From: Rotaria socialis
Taxonomy: Eukaryota
Direction of reading: 5' to 3'
Length of the DNA stretch: 42,698 nucleotides
Assembly: GCA_905331295.1 (NCBI GenBank)
Contig: CAJNYD010000060.1
Location: forward strand, 1 to 42,698
Shown: piece by piece, positions 1-12,305 of the stretch
Numbering within the stretch: the stretch's first letter is position 1
Layout of the letters: the number at the start of each line of letters is the position of its first letter
Notes under the pieces: model-generated
Told to the model about the DNA's origin: nothing
The model's input: the letters and a program-made list of their open reading frames with translations, nothing else
Databases searched by the model: none
Position numbers and translations under genes: made by a program

Positions 1-1295
1 ATCACTTATTTGAAAGAACGGCTACACATAGTTTATCATAAACATGTATTGTTCGTAGTCCAACTGTAGCAAGTAAACCTAGATCAGCAAGTTCCAAAGG
101 AACGTTCTTTTGTAAAGCAAATTCACTCATTTGAATATCATCGTCAATATCTCTTGATTCAATGAACATTTAGAAATAATACGAATACTTTTTTTCATCG
201 AAACCATTCTGTTTAGTTGCATGTTGCTCATGAACTTGTGTATCTTCAATTTAAATAGCAACATTAACAGTATCGGGTAATTTAGCACCTCAACATTGAC
301 CTTCCATAAGTGATGCACTAGTCTGAATTAAAAGAGTTTGAATTCACATTTTCTTCTCCAGCATCTGAACGTTCACTATTCACATTGTAGACAACTAATC
401 AACTATCTAGCATTTGATTAACATATTAGTATGTCATAGCTATTTCAGCACGTCGATTTTGAATCAAATCTGTTTCATATTATAGAACTAAATAAAATAT
501 AAGCATTCCTTCAAAGGAACGAAAGATAACTTGGCTCATGTAAGACAGAATGAATTTCAACTGGAAAACATTGCCATGTGAATAATTGCTAATAATTTCA
601 CAATCATCGTTTGTGCTAGACCAGGAATTTCTTTTGTAGTAACTTAACTCGTCGCCTCAAGTAAAAATGAGTCTATGAAATAAAAAAGCACAATCACACA
701 TACTTCTGGTGTAAATATCATCGGGATTGATTCTCGTGCCACTAGTGGTCAATATTCAATTCGGTCGTAATTCATCACACAATTTCAACAATGTTTCCTA
801 GAATTAAAAAAAAGCAGATCAACCTATCATTTAAAAGATAAAAACTACATGCCCTGACATGCAGCTGGTTCTGAATGATCTTTTATTGGATCATCATAAC
901 CAGAGGTACTCACTGGAATGAACTAAAATATATGTATAGTCAATTATTCGTTTGAGTCAAGGAATGAATATGTGAAATAAATTCATTTATGCGATAAAGT
1001 TACTGAAAATATATAAATATTTGACCAGAGGAAAATAAATAAGTTCTTATCAAGTACGTATACATGATCATAGAGTTCTTCTAAACAAAAACAAACGTAA
1101 GAATAAAACATAGTTGATTGTATAACATACGAAATCGATCCTCTAATTTTTGTGTTTTTCTTTTTCCACCATACAATTCATATAATTTGTTTCTAAGGAT
1201 TCGAAACCGAATAGAAGTACAATAATGCCTGATTTTATCTACATATATGAAATTCATGATAGAATTGAATTTATTTGAGAGGAAAAAGAAATCAC

Positions 1296-1704
1296 CTGTT
1301 CAAATTTTCAATACCTATTGGAGCTTGTTTTATACAGCCATTTTCAACAATCGATATTGCTTCACCAATAATAACATTCAAATAAAAATCAACAGTAGAC
1401 AGTGGTAGTCGAGATAGTTTATTTTTATATGTACTAATTCATATTTGATTTTTAGGATTACTTCTTTGACAACCCGTTTATGTTCTTTAGTTGCTGTTAA
1501 ATGTAATTGTTGTTGTTCAAGAAGTAAGGTAGACAGAAGAACTTCATGTTGTTGTTTAAATTCATTTTTCGAATGAATATGACGTTGTAATTCAGCATCT
1601 GTTTGTTGAGAAAAAAGTCGATCTGATAATGATTGATTACGACCCGTTAAATGGTTTCTTCAACCTTTTTGTTCAGCAATTTTCGTTAATTCAAGTAGTT
1701 TCAT
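1296..1704 (-). pseudogene. Decayed first exon of an unidentified spliced gene (further degraded exon-like pieces towards position 1)
   Basis: ATG at 1704 reads MKLLELTKIAEQKG* (TGA 1662-1660), then RNHLTGRNQSLSDRLFSQQTDAELQRHIH...; a frameshifted continuation ...STVDFYLNVIIGEAISIVENGCIKQAPIGIENLN ends at donor CAG|GTGAT (1296/1295). Further AG/GT-bounded open segments at ~850-922 and ~704-797. No family recognised. Confidence 0.35.
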
Positions 1705-4228
1705 GTTTTAATTTATCAATTATTTCAAGATTATCTTTAGCATAAATATGAGATACGGATTTATCTTTCTTACGAAGGAAAGATGGGCCTCATACGCTCT
1801 ACCATCGTCATTTGCCATGAATTTACTTCATTTAGTTATTAAAATATTACCCAAAAAAATAATATCTGAAGCGTATGAAGATCGAATCGATTAACTGTAG
1901 ATTCTAGATAAAAACAAACTAATGAAAAAGTATCTTCTATTCTATTAGCCTTTATATGATATCGGAAAGCAAGAAAAATTTTCACTGCCATCAATAAATC
2001 ATTACAGCGTATCATTCTATCAGCTGATTTAAGTTCCTGAGTTCCATGAAGATTGAAAGAAAGGCAGTCTCTACTTGTTGACTCAGATGAGTAGTAGTGT
2101 ATATTTACCGATTAAAGTGGAGTCTCTGTTATTTGTTGATTATGACAGACAGTTTAAAAATAGTTAATAGATATTTCTTTATTGGTATCGTTTGATTATA
2201 GGAAATCCTTCATCATAATCCTATATAAAATATATCTAATGTTTCGATGATCTTAAAAGATTTGTTCATTATCGGAATAATAAAATTAATTTAATGAGTT
2301 CTAAAAGAAAAACGAAATCCAAAACTTTTTTTGAATATATTCTCATCCTAGTTACTTACTGCAATAATAAGCAAGAAAAGCAAGAAAATAAAATGCTTTC
2401 AGGAATCAAGAATGAGGGAAGAAAATAGAACGAACGTAGAATATTTTAGGTCGTGATTCGAGTTTTTCCTGAATGGATTAGATTAAAGCAGTGATCAACT
2501 TAGATTACCTGCTCTCAGAGTCAATATTGATACGATTTACCAGATGCATATATTTCCTTCCTTCGAGAATAGTAAATTCTTCGAATATGTGTACGTATAT
2601 CATTAACTTATATCTAGACTATGAAAAATACGACACTACGTGCATTGTTCACTGATAAATTAAATGGACATTAGAATTTACAGAGAGGCTTCGAATAAAC
2701 GAACGGTTCACCACTCTTTAGGAATAATACTCTGTACCTATAGTTTGCAAAGATATAAAACAATATCATTAATCGTTCCGTTGTTGTAATGGTATTATAC
2801 TTTATTTTGCTCCTTCTCAAAACATACTATCTTCTCGTTTACATAAAAAACACACTTTTATAGGCATAAAGATGATAAACTAAGGTTAAATATCATGTAT
2901 AAACAATCAATTTCAGCCTATCTAGGGAAGTAGAGTAGTATCCAATGAACTCCATCGGAAACGTTATAGTTCAGTAGTCTTAACAACATAGATATTTTGC
3001 TTTAGAAATCAGTAAAATTCTCACATAAAATATATTGTTATGTCGTATTTTTTTGCACGATTTTCAATGTTGCATCTCATCTTTGTTTTGCAAAGCATTA
3101 TCAATATTGAAGTAGAAATAATGATATTGTCAAATGTTCTAAATGACACCGGTCATTTTTCTTCCACATAATACGAAGTTCACTTGAAAAGTGAAATATT
3201 TATATGATTACAAGTAACACTTGCTTGTGGGCTAGCTCAGCTCTTTCTCGTAGAGATAGTGCATTCTGATAGCTTTTGCAGAATTTTGCTCAAAGGAAAT
3301 TTATGAAAAGAAAAGTGAAACGGTATCATGAACGAGATTAACACATAATTTTCAATAAAGTCAAAAAACTGTTTCCATGGAAATCTGTGCTGTAAAGAGT
3401 CGCTCTCTGACTCATCTACTTGAATTTAAACTAGAAAGTTTTCTCATCTTGATACAACGCATTGATTTCTTTTATCATCTTGCATGGGAAGCTAGGAATA
3501 TATTTGATCTTTATCAAACTTTTATTATTGACTTTATAACTATTTCATGGTGGACAAACTATGAGTCATCGAACTTTAACTTTCAAGCTTGTATTCAGAG
3601 GTTGAAGGCATAATATCTTTAAGTAACTCTGATGAAATTTTTCAAATCGGTTTTCTCGTTCAGTATCTCTTATGAGATGTCACATTACAGTCTTCCCCTA
3701 CAAAGAGGTACCTGAGATGTTATCATTTAGCAATAATTTCATATTTGGATCGCTTGTAAGGATAGAATCTAATTCAAACGGTATTCTTATTTATAGGTTT
3801 CAATCCGAATATTTCAAAACCCCACGCCCGACTTCGCATGAACCTTTGGTTTATTAAAAGAACCAAATTAAATATTAAAAGCTCACTCGAACTAAGCAAT
3901 ATATTACTGATGAAACTGTCAATGAGATTTTTAGTAATTGAATCTAAATAAAAGGACATCTAACAATCCACATCCAGCTATACACAATAGCCAATATGTT
4001 GGATAAATTTGACTGCTAAGTTCGGTAACTATCAATATACCTCATTATTTATCACCATGCACAGAGACATGGAATATAGCATTGTTGAATTCTTACGCCA
4101 AAACTTGCATGATTGTTTATTATTTATCAAACATGGTCACCCATTTCAGTAGAAGGTTGGCGACGCTTACGTTGCGTTACTAGTTATATTTACATATTTT
4201 TCAATCCAAAATTTATTAAGACACGGTA

Positions 4229-4484
4229 ACCAGGTCGAACAGTCCGGCCTGGAAACGGCCGGTTCCGGGTAGTTCCGTTAATTTTTTGGAAGCAGTATTC
4301 CGGTTGGAAATTTTTCCGGTGATTTCCGGCAGGCATTGACCGGAAAAGTTCGGCCGTATTTTTGACCGGAATACCGCTTCCATGTTCCAGCGATTTTCCG
4401 TGTTTTCCTGCAGGATATGGTGACTTTCCCGCATATTTCCTGGAGTATCCTACTGGATCCGGTGGTCGGAATGTTTGACCTGGA
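4229..4484. mobile_element. GC-rich non-autonomous TIR element (MITE)
   Basis: Termini CCAGGTCGAACA ... TGTTTGACCTGG (inverted, 1 mismatch); CCGG-rich interior in an AT-rich background; second copy at 6153-6249. Confidence 0.8.
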
Positions 4485-4706
4485 TTAAATGAATCAAATA
4501 TTATCATGAAAAACAAAGTCATAATTCTTACATTGAGCAAGATCTCTTAATTATCATACTATCCAATTGAACATAAGTAGTTTGATTAGCATGGAGAATT
4601 GTACAAGGATAATGTCTAAATAAAAAATAAATAAACATTTTTTTACAAAACTATTATCATTACTCGTGATATGGAAAAAGAGTTAAAACAGGCAGATAGA
4701 TTTCTT

Positions 4707-5256
4707 TTATATTTGATTGATTATTTGTTCAATTGTAAGGTTGACAAGGTCAAATATGTTCGTCAGGATTTGTTGCTGTAAATTGCTGATGTTGTTGTCT
4801 CTGTTGTATATTGTTAAATTGGTGTTGATGCTGCTGTTGTAGATTGTCGATCTGCGTTTGAGACTGTTGTTGCTGGTGTACACTTTTTTGTTGCAATTGT
4901 GCAATTTGCTGTTGCAGCTGTGCAACTTATTGCATCAACTGTTGAGGACCAGGTGGTGGAACATTCTAGAAGGAAGCAAATAGAACGTGAAAATTTTGAT
5001 ATACGCAACGTTAAATAGGAGAGTTTGCCGCATCTTCTATGTAGCGAACGAGATAGAACTTTTGATTGTGTAAGACCTGGTTCAGTCTTTTTCCTCCCTG
5101 TGACGAATAAAATACAACTTTTGGAAAAGTTAACTAGAGAAGTGCTAGTTGACTGCCTTGGCTCGGCCACTACGTATATGGTGACGAATTATTTAACGTG
5201 AAAAGACTTACTTCTTTACTAGAATTTGCTGGCCGAAGTAAATTATTTGGTATCAT
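4707..5256 (-). pseudogene. Spliced Gln-rich coiled-coil gene remnant
   Basis: Exon 5256-5212 (MIPNNLLRPANSSKE, TAG| and |GTAAGT) splices in phase 0 to exon from 4965: NVPPPGPQQLMQ*VAQLQQQIAQLQQKSVHQQQQSQTQIDNLQQQHQ..., with in-frame TAA at 4929-4927 and a likely later frameshift into ...NISNLQQQILTNIFDLVNLTIEQIINQI*. Confidence 0.5.
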
Positions 5257-6152
5257 CTATAAACAATGAAAATTGAATTGAAAATATTTACTTTAATTGT
5301 TCCCATAGCGAAAGAAAATAATATTAAATATTATTAGAAAATAAGTGATAAGAACAAGATACAGTGAAAGTATTTCTTGCGGTAATATGTCCGTATATCA
5401 CGTACAAATACGCTCATATAATTTAGCGGTTCTTTGTTCATATTCGTCCACGAAAGAATAGGCATTACATACACTTACATAACGATATGTCCATGAAGTG
5501 GCGCTAACTTATGTGATGCACTTTGTTACATTTAACTTACAACCTCTAGAAGTGAAATAAAGTTTCATTCAATTTAAGCTTTAAAAAAGAAAAAAGAACG
5601 AAAATTTCAGCCGATTTAATTACTATTAAATGCTACTATACGTGACAGAAACTTAAATGAATAATAAAATCAATATTCGATTCCTACAATATAAATTATG
5701 CTATGAATATTATGAAAAGAAGTTTTTCCTTATCGATCAGTAACGGTAGTAGTTTTCGAATTTGCATAAACACCATGGATATATTTATTTTTCTCGTGTA
5801 GAAAGACGCAACACATTAGGAGAAGAAATGAAGTAATTTCTGTTTTCGGTAGAGCTCGATTTTAATTCTGTTATCTAAACTTTACTTGCTAATTCTTAGT
5901 ATTGACTAGATCAATTCTGTCACTTTGAAACCAGTAAACATTGATAATTAGTTTTCAGTGAAATTTTCTAAATTCACCTGTTATTTCAATCAGTAAATCG
6001 GGATATATAGAATAGTAATGAATAAGCAAGTTAACATTTATTTACAATTTTACTGATGAAGATACAACTGAATCAGCAAACACCCATCATACCAATAATA
6101 GAACTGTATCCATATGTCGTCTAACAAAGTACAAAAAAACGTGAATCCCTTA

Positions 6153-6249
6153 CTCAGGTCGAACATTCCGGCCACCGGAATACTGCTTCCACAAAATCAA
6201 CGGAACTACCCGTAACCGGCCGCTTCCAGGTCGGACTCTTCGGCCTGGG
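6153..6249. mobile_element. Internally deleted, inverted copy of the 4229-4484 MITE
   Basis: Reverse complement of the right ~27 bp and left ~75 bp of the first copy joined at CCGGA; flanked by TA on both sides (6151-6152, 6250-6251). Confidence 0.8.
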
Positions 6250-7887
6250 TAAGCCACTCTAAATACTACATAAAATTTGAAAACGTAACTAAGTAAAACA
6301 AAACTGGCTTCTATCTAATAGAAACACAAACGATAATTGAACTAGTGTAATTTTCACGACAAGATATCGATCCAGTTTTCAAAGGCGCAGCTAATGTCAG
6401 AAGAACATGAACTGTATACTGAAGTAAATGAAGAAATTGTTGTTAACTCGAATAAAGACAGCTACATGAATTTGACTCGACTCCTTTGTTAATTAAAAAT
6501 CTGAATTCACTTCGAAATTATTTTCGTTTGAATTCGATCTCTGAATACACAGTATTGGTCAGAATCCACATGTGTTTTTATGTATTCGAAGGCTTCTCTT
6601 TTGGAAACAAAATCTAATTTTTAGGCTATAGAGATGTTCAATAGAGAAGTACGCTCGAACCAACTTGTAGCACTAAACCTACTTACTAATCGAAAAGCAC
6701 TCGAAAAAGTGTGAAAGCAAATGTAGGCCGAATAAAAGATTAAGCAACCACTAACATATGCGGATCTATCAAATATTCTTCGATGAAGATTTAGAAAGTT
6801 AAAAGTAAAGATATACGAAAGATTTGCAATTTGCCAATATGTCGCAAATGACATATATGTGTGTAATGATACCATTTGGACATGTGTTCATACGCTTATA
6901 TATCAGCAAAATTTGAATTACTTTTTAAGACAAGCTATATTATAATCGCTACAATGATAGTCACAATAGTTCTCTTAATTTTCGAAAACTATCGGAAAGA
7001 TCTAAAAAAAATAATGAACGTCAAATATTACTTGTTTTGAAAAAAGAAGTCAACCCAATATAAAAAAAAGTACGCAATTACCGTGTCGCTTATTTTGAGT
7101 GACATATGCTCATCTTATTCTCTAGAATGAATATCTCGTTAAATGTGATTTCATTGATGAAAACTTAGATTGTAATGCAATCATAATCATAAAATGACAA
7201 AATCGACATTATAATTTCACTTCATCGCTCATTAATTCTATAAGACACGTGCACCTGATATTTTGATTATATTTCATTGACGTGACTAGTTGTTTATTGA
7301 TCAAGAATTGTTATAAAAAAAGCAAAGCACTCATATTTAAATATACGAAGCATCATACAGAATAGAAAATATTGACGAAAATTGAGAACTGGATGAAAAA
7401 AAAGCAGCCCAGAGAATGTCCACTGAATAAGAATAGATAACTACTTAACTCATGCAAGAATTTCTTTTCAGTTTTACATAATAAAACAAATGAAAAATTT
7501 ACATTGCAATCATGTTTTATACACTCTATCGTTTTTATCTTTACTCGTTTAGTTAAATAGCCTCACCGGCTTAGGAAATAATTGATTTGAAAGAAATATT
7601 TTTGAGAATAGTTGCACTCCATTTAAGCTTATCAACTATTGAATTATAAATATTGCTTCCATTCAAAAGAGAAAAATATTCACGAATAATTAGCTTTCTT
7701 TCACCAAAATAAAACGTTGAATCACTTTATTTATACTAATATATATCTATATACAAATAACTTTTTAAAAATTTCACGAAATTACAAGTGAAAAGTTATC
7801 CAAACACCATCTGACATAGAATCATATACATCAAAAAAGAAATACAATTGAGGTTTCAATTACATATTTATATATCACAATGTATTT

Positions 7888-9577
7888 CTAGCAGCTGACA
7901 ATCGATGGGCATGTTTCTTTGAAAAGAACGTATTTAATAGCTTCGAGAACATTAAGTTTAATTGTCGTTGGCAGTTTCCATGGATTCTTACCATCTATCT
8001 TGTGTTTACCTGGTTGATAAACACCTGTACATACTAAAATTGATTCGCACACCGCTGCACTTAAAAGATCCGAAGGAGGCAACAGACTATAACCAGTAAT
8101 ACTTGTTTTGGAATTCATGGCTTGCTGTAATAAATTATTATACATATTTGCACCAACAATATCAACATCTGGATTATCACCAATGAAATAGACTTTGTCA
8201 ATTTTTGGTTGACCATTAGCTAATGCAATTTTATTAGCTATTGTTTCGGCATATNNNNNNNNNNNNNNNNNNNNNNNNNNNNNNNNNNNNNNNNNNNNNN
8301 NNNNNNNNNNNNNNNNNNNNNNNNNNNNNNNNNNNNNNNNNNNNNNNNNNNNNNATTATTATACATATTTGCACCAACAATATCAACATCTGGATTATCA
8401 CCAATGAAATAGACTTTGTCAATTTTTGGTTGACCATTAGCTAATGCAATTTTATTAGCTATTGTTTCGGCATATTGAAATGAAATTTCATATGGTTTAC
8501 CAACGAATGCTGTATATTTGAGATCGTTTCCACTTATACTCTATAGAAAAATAAAACCTGTTAGAATGTTTATACATGAAACAGAAATGATTTACTTTGT
8601 ATAATGTTTCTAAACATGTTAGAAAAGCACCATGACCAAAACGTGGTAAATCTGCAGCAGCTTTAAATACTAGATCTCTGTTACAAGCAATTATGGGAAT
8701 ATGATCGTGCTCAATAGTTGAAGCTTCTGGTACAATGGCAGGATTACCATCGGTTAAAAGAAGATCAATAATAACTTGTAACGATCTCTCCCATTGAATA
8801 GGTTCACCAAGTAAAACAATAGCTTTAAACAACAAGCAAAAAGTTAAACAATTTGTTGGATGAATAAAATAAAATATTTACCATCAATAGGACGAAAATT
8901 TTCATCATGTACAAGACCTTGAGTACGAATCATTTCACTCTAAAACAAATACACACAAAATAGTAAATGAAATTATTTGGTTCGTTTTTTGCTACTTACT
9001 AATCTAGCACGATTCATGTGATCAACCATATCTAATTCTGGAAATGCTTCACAAACTTTTTCAATGGTTGTTATACTTTTAAAACCGATCCTATGAAGAT
9101 TAAGAACAACTAATGATTAAAGAAATCAATCAAATAAAACATGTACTTACATTCGAGCAATGTATTCGGTTGCACCTTGTCCCGAAACAAGAACATGTTT
9201 ATTATGGAAATCAGTTAATGTACGCATTGGTGTTTGAGCAAGAACAACTTGTTCAGGATGAATCTGTATTCAAATAAATTGGTTGTGGAGAAAAATGAAT
9301 AAAAGACATAAGAAAGATCAACACTTACAGTGACTCCAAGTACAGCTGATAATTGTTTCGCTTTATCTGATTCCAGCATACATGTATTTGAAACAAAAAC
9401 AACAGGCACTTTAAGTTGTATCAATGCTTGAATTGCTGGTTTAGCAACTGCTATGAAGTTCGGACCTTGAGTAATAACACCATCAATGTCAAAAAAACAG
9501 GCAAAGTTCGGCTGTAAGAAAGAAATATATACTAATAAATAAATATATCTATTGGAGTATCTATTTACCGGCTTCAT
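7888..9577 (-). CDS. HDHD5: HAD-superfamily class IIA hydrolase, HDHD5/CECR5-like
   Basis: Exons 9577-9569, 9511-9329, 9263-9151, 9090-9000, 8939-8882, 8822-8596, 8540-7888 (last exon interrupted by the N-gap and 121-bp duplicate), all GT-AG with consistent phases. HAD motifs FDIDG (I), FVSN (II), VGKP (III), IGDNPDVDI (IV), plus CECR5-type ACNRDL...PRFGHGAF and SILVCTGVY. Confidence 0.9.
8134..8475. other. Scaffold gap (100 N, 8255-8354) flanked by an exact 121-bp duplicate
   Basis: 8134-8254 is identical to 8355-8475; collapsing the duplicate restores the HAD reading frame. Confidence 0.9.
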
Positions 9578-9683
9578 AATAGAGATTCTTATTATCAATA
9601 AATATTTGATAGTTTGTTTTTGAAAATATTAATTTGTAATAAGTAACTTTTTTTTGTCTGAGCAAAACTAAACAGCTCGACAG

Positions 9684-9691
9684 TATTTATA
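9684..9691 (-). promoter_or_regulatory. Candidate TATA box of the HAD gene
   Basis: TATAAATA on the minus strand ~107 bp upstream of ATG 9577; AT-rich context makes chance occurrence possible. Confidence 0.35.
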
Positions 9692-11275
9692 TGCGAGCAT
9701 GGGCATTAAAGAAAAGAAGAGACTTGTGATATTATGTCCAACAGAATAAACTTCGTTCTTTGGTTTTTGGGCATGTAGTAGGCTTGTATTGTACTCGCGG
9801 AATAATATTTTGCTGTTATTGATATATTGTTTTCTTCCTGTTCGCTACGTAATTCCATAGTGTTAGAAATGATAGGAAAGTGGTAAAGAACGAAGTACAT
9901 GGTTTTATTTCCTCGCTTCTATTCTGTTCGGAGACAGAGTCAACGATGAAACGAGTACGTTCTTCGTGTTTTTCATCGATACTACGCACGTACATAATAT
10001 TGTTGATCTGTCTCTATTTACACATAGTACAGACATTCAAAATTCCAAAGATTAATATCCATAATCTCAGCCAAGAGAGAAAATAACAAAATCATACGAT
10101 AGATCTATTAGTCCCCTTGGATTGATTGTATACGACCATTTTTCTATTCAATGACATGCATATGAATACTTTCAATAATAATGAAATATTTCTTTCCTCT
10201 GGATGCACAGTTTTGTTTTTCAGATATGGTCGAATAAAAGAAAAGCATTCATGAAATTTGTATTTGTGTTAAATATATTTTTAACTTAGACACATGATTC
10301 ATGCAGTACCTAAAATATACAATGTTTTCTTCTAATTGGAAATCTTAATAGTGCACTAATATTTTTTGTTTTGGCAGGTACTGGCTCCATGAGACACTAC
10401 TGAACTAGTCGATATGTCGATTTCTATTTTATTATTTTTTAAATGCCATTACCATTTCCGACAGAAATCATCCGGCAAACTGTTTGGACGGAGGATGTAT
10501 TGCCCGAGTGAGAGTATGAAGTGACAAGTGATCACATGTGATAATTTTCGTAACTAGTTTTAACTTTAGGAACTTTTTTTTAGATATGCCATGTTGAATA
10601 CGTGAGCAGTAAACTTCTAGATTACTTGTAGTCAGATGGAGGTGTGATATGCTATGCTTTGAGAGCCAAGCTACGCTCCTGAAAGAAATCTATTATTTAA
10701 AACATCTGCATGAACTAAGTATAAAACAATGTTTCTTGAAAACAATGAATGAATTTTTGCAATCGCTCAGGGTGACAAACGCCCAAACACTGGTTCATTA
10801 CCAAATAGACATTTCATGCTCGTCATCTATCATTCTCGCTTATCTATTGAAAGAATAAAATATTTAACATATCATTATGTAGATGTTACTATTATACTGC
10901 CAATGAAGTGTATGCATATGTGATTGCGCGAAGACGTATTACTATCGAATGATGATTTTTAGTTGCTACGAATTATTTATGAAAAAGGTTTGGAGAAGAA
11001 TAAAAGTTGTAGCATTAAACTAAATCTTATAGAATCAATATAGTTTTAAAGCAAATAGTTCGATATTATATATTTTCTTCTATACACAGGAATTTATAAC
11101 GGCAGCCTTTTGATACATGTCTAAAATAAAATGAATCTGAATCCCCATGTAAATAAATTGATTTCAGAAATCGATTTTGACCTCTCTAAAGCTGATTTTT
11201 TTCGATATTTTTGTGAAACACGATCTGAAAGGAGTGTTGAAGTATATGGGGTAGAAATTTGAACCCATTCCCTCC

Positions 11276-11373
11276 CACAGACCGTTACAGAGAAATTAAT
11301 TAATCAGCTAATTGGTTAATTAATTAATTAGCAATTTATTTATTATTATTAAATTTCTCTGTAACGGCCTGTG
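11276..11373. mobile_element. Small MITE with 22-bp TIRs
   Basis: CACAGACCGTTACAGAGAAATT ... AATTTCTCTGTAACGGCCTGTG (1 mismatch) around an AT-rich TTAATTAA core; no clear TSD. Confidence 0.7.
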
Positions 11374-12305
11374 ATGGTTTCTAGAGACTGCATGCATCAT
11401 AATACAGATCGTGACACAGAAGCTCCACAGACCATCAGTGACCGTGATAGACGAATTCCAGAAAAGAAGTTACATCGTGTTTCATATTTTTAATCCTAGA
11501 GGGATTGCGCTAACAGCTTTTTGATTAGCTTTCTTCTCTGTATATTCTACTGTTCTAATGTATTCGCTCTCTCTCTCTTTTTGTTTGTATAATTCACATA
11601 CGCGTTGTTTCATGCCTACTTCGCAGCTTATCATTCGTGCTTGCTGGGAATAAACAATTCATTGTTGCTTCACATCATTGTTTGCTCTTATGATGAATTA
11701 TTCGTTGCTATTATGCACACAGCCCTCCTCAATAGGATGCATGCTTGCAAAACGAAATTAAAACAAAAACAAAAAAAAGGAGAAAAACAGACATACATAA
11801 AACAGAGCACATCGGTTTGTTTTAATATGTACGAAAAGCGCTGTTTGAAAAAGAAAAGAAGCGAACAGCATAAAATTGTAAAAATTTCTTTCCAACATCA
11901 GATCACAATTTCTTTTCAAAAGGTGAACGTGGGTGAGGTGAGTAAATCATTATGAGAATTCGAGAAAAAGACACTACTTCAAATGTTATATTTTAGTACC
12001 AAGATATTGTGAATAGCCTAATTCTTTTTCTAATTATTTGATTTCAGCGTATGGATGCAGGTCCTGACTAGGGCAACACAAATACCCACACCCACACCCT
12101 GAATTACGGTCGAGATTCATATATGTGTTCATACTAACCTACATTAATAGTTTCTTTCTTATACTCTAAAATACTAATTCAAAATATTCTAATTCACTTC
12201 ACTTCCATTCATTCGTCAGCTCACATACTTCCTAGACAAATTGGCAAGCGAATGAAAAACGTTTCGGAGGCATATTACGTCCTACACGGTTAAGTCTGTA
12301 TTAAT

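Noticed and set aside
4190..4540. 116-aa and 72-aa ORFs
   Set aside because: They lie across the GC-rich MITE; incidental open frames.
4814..5170. 118-aa Thr/Ala-rich ORF
   Set aside because: Alternative frame of the Gln-rich exon plus intron sequence.
9706..11955. Short ORFs between the HAD and LRR genes
   Set aside because: No motifs or splice support; consistent with random AT-rich intergenic frames.
12086..12100. CCCACACCCACACCC (and TGAGGGTGTGGG at ~15658) as bdelloid telomeric repeats
   Set aside because: Only 2-2.5 units; no array or evidence of chromosome healing; more likely a repeat fragment or chance.
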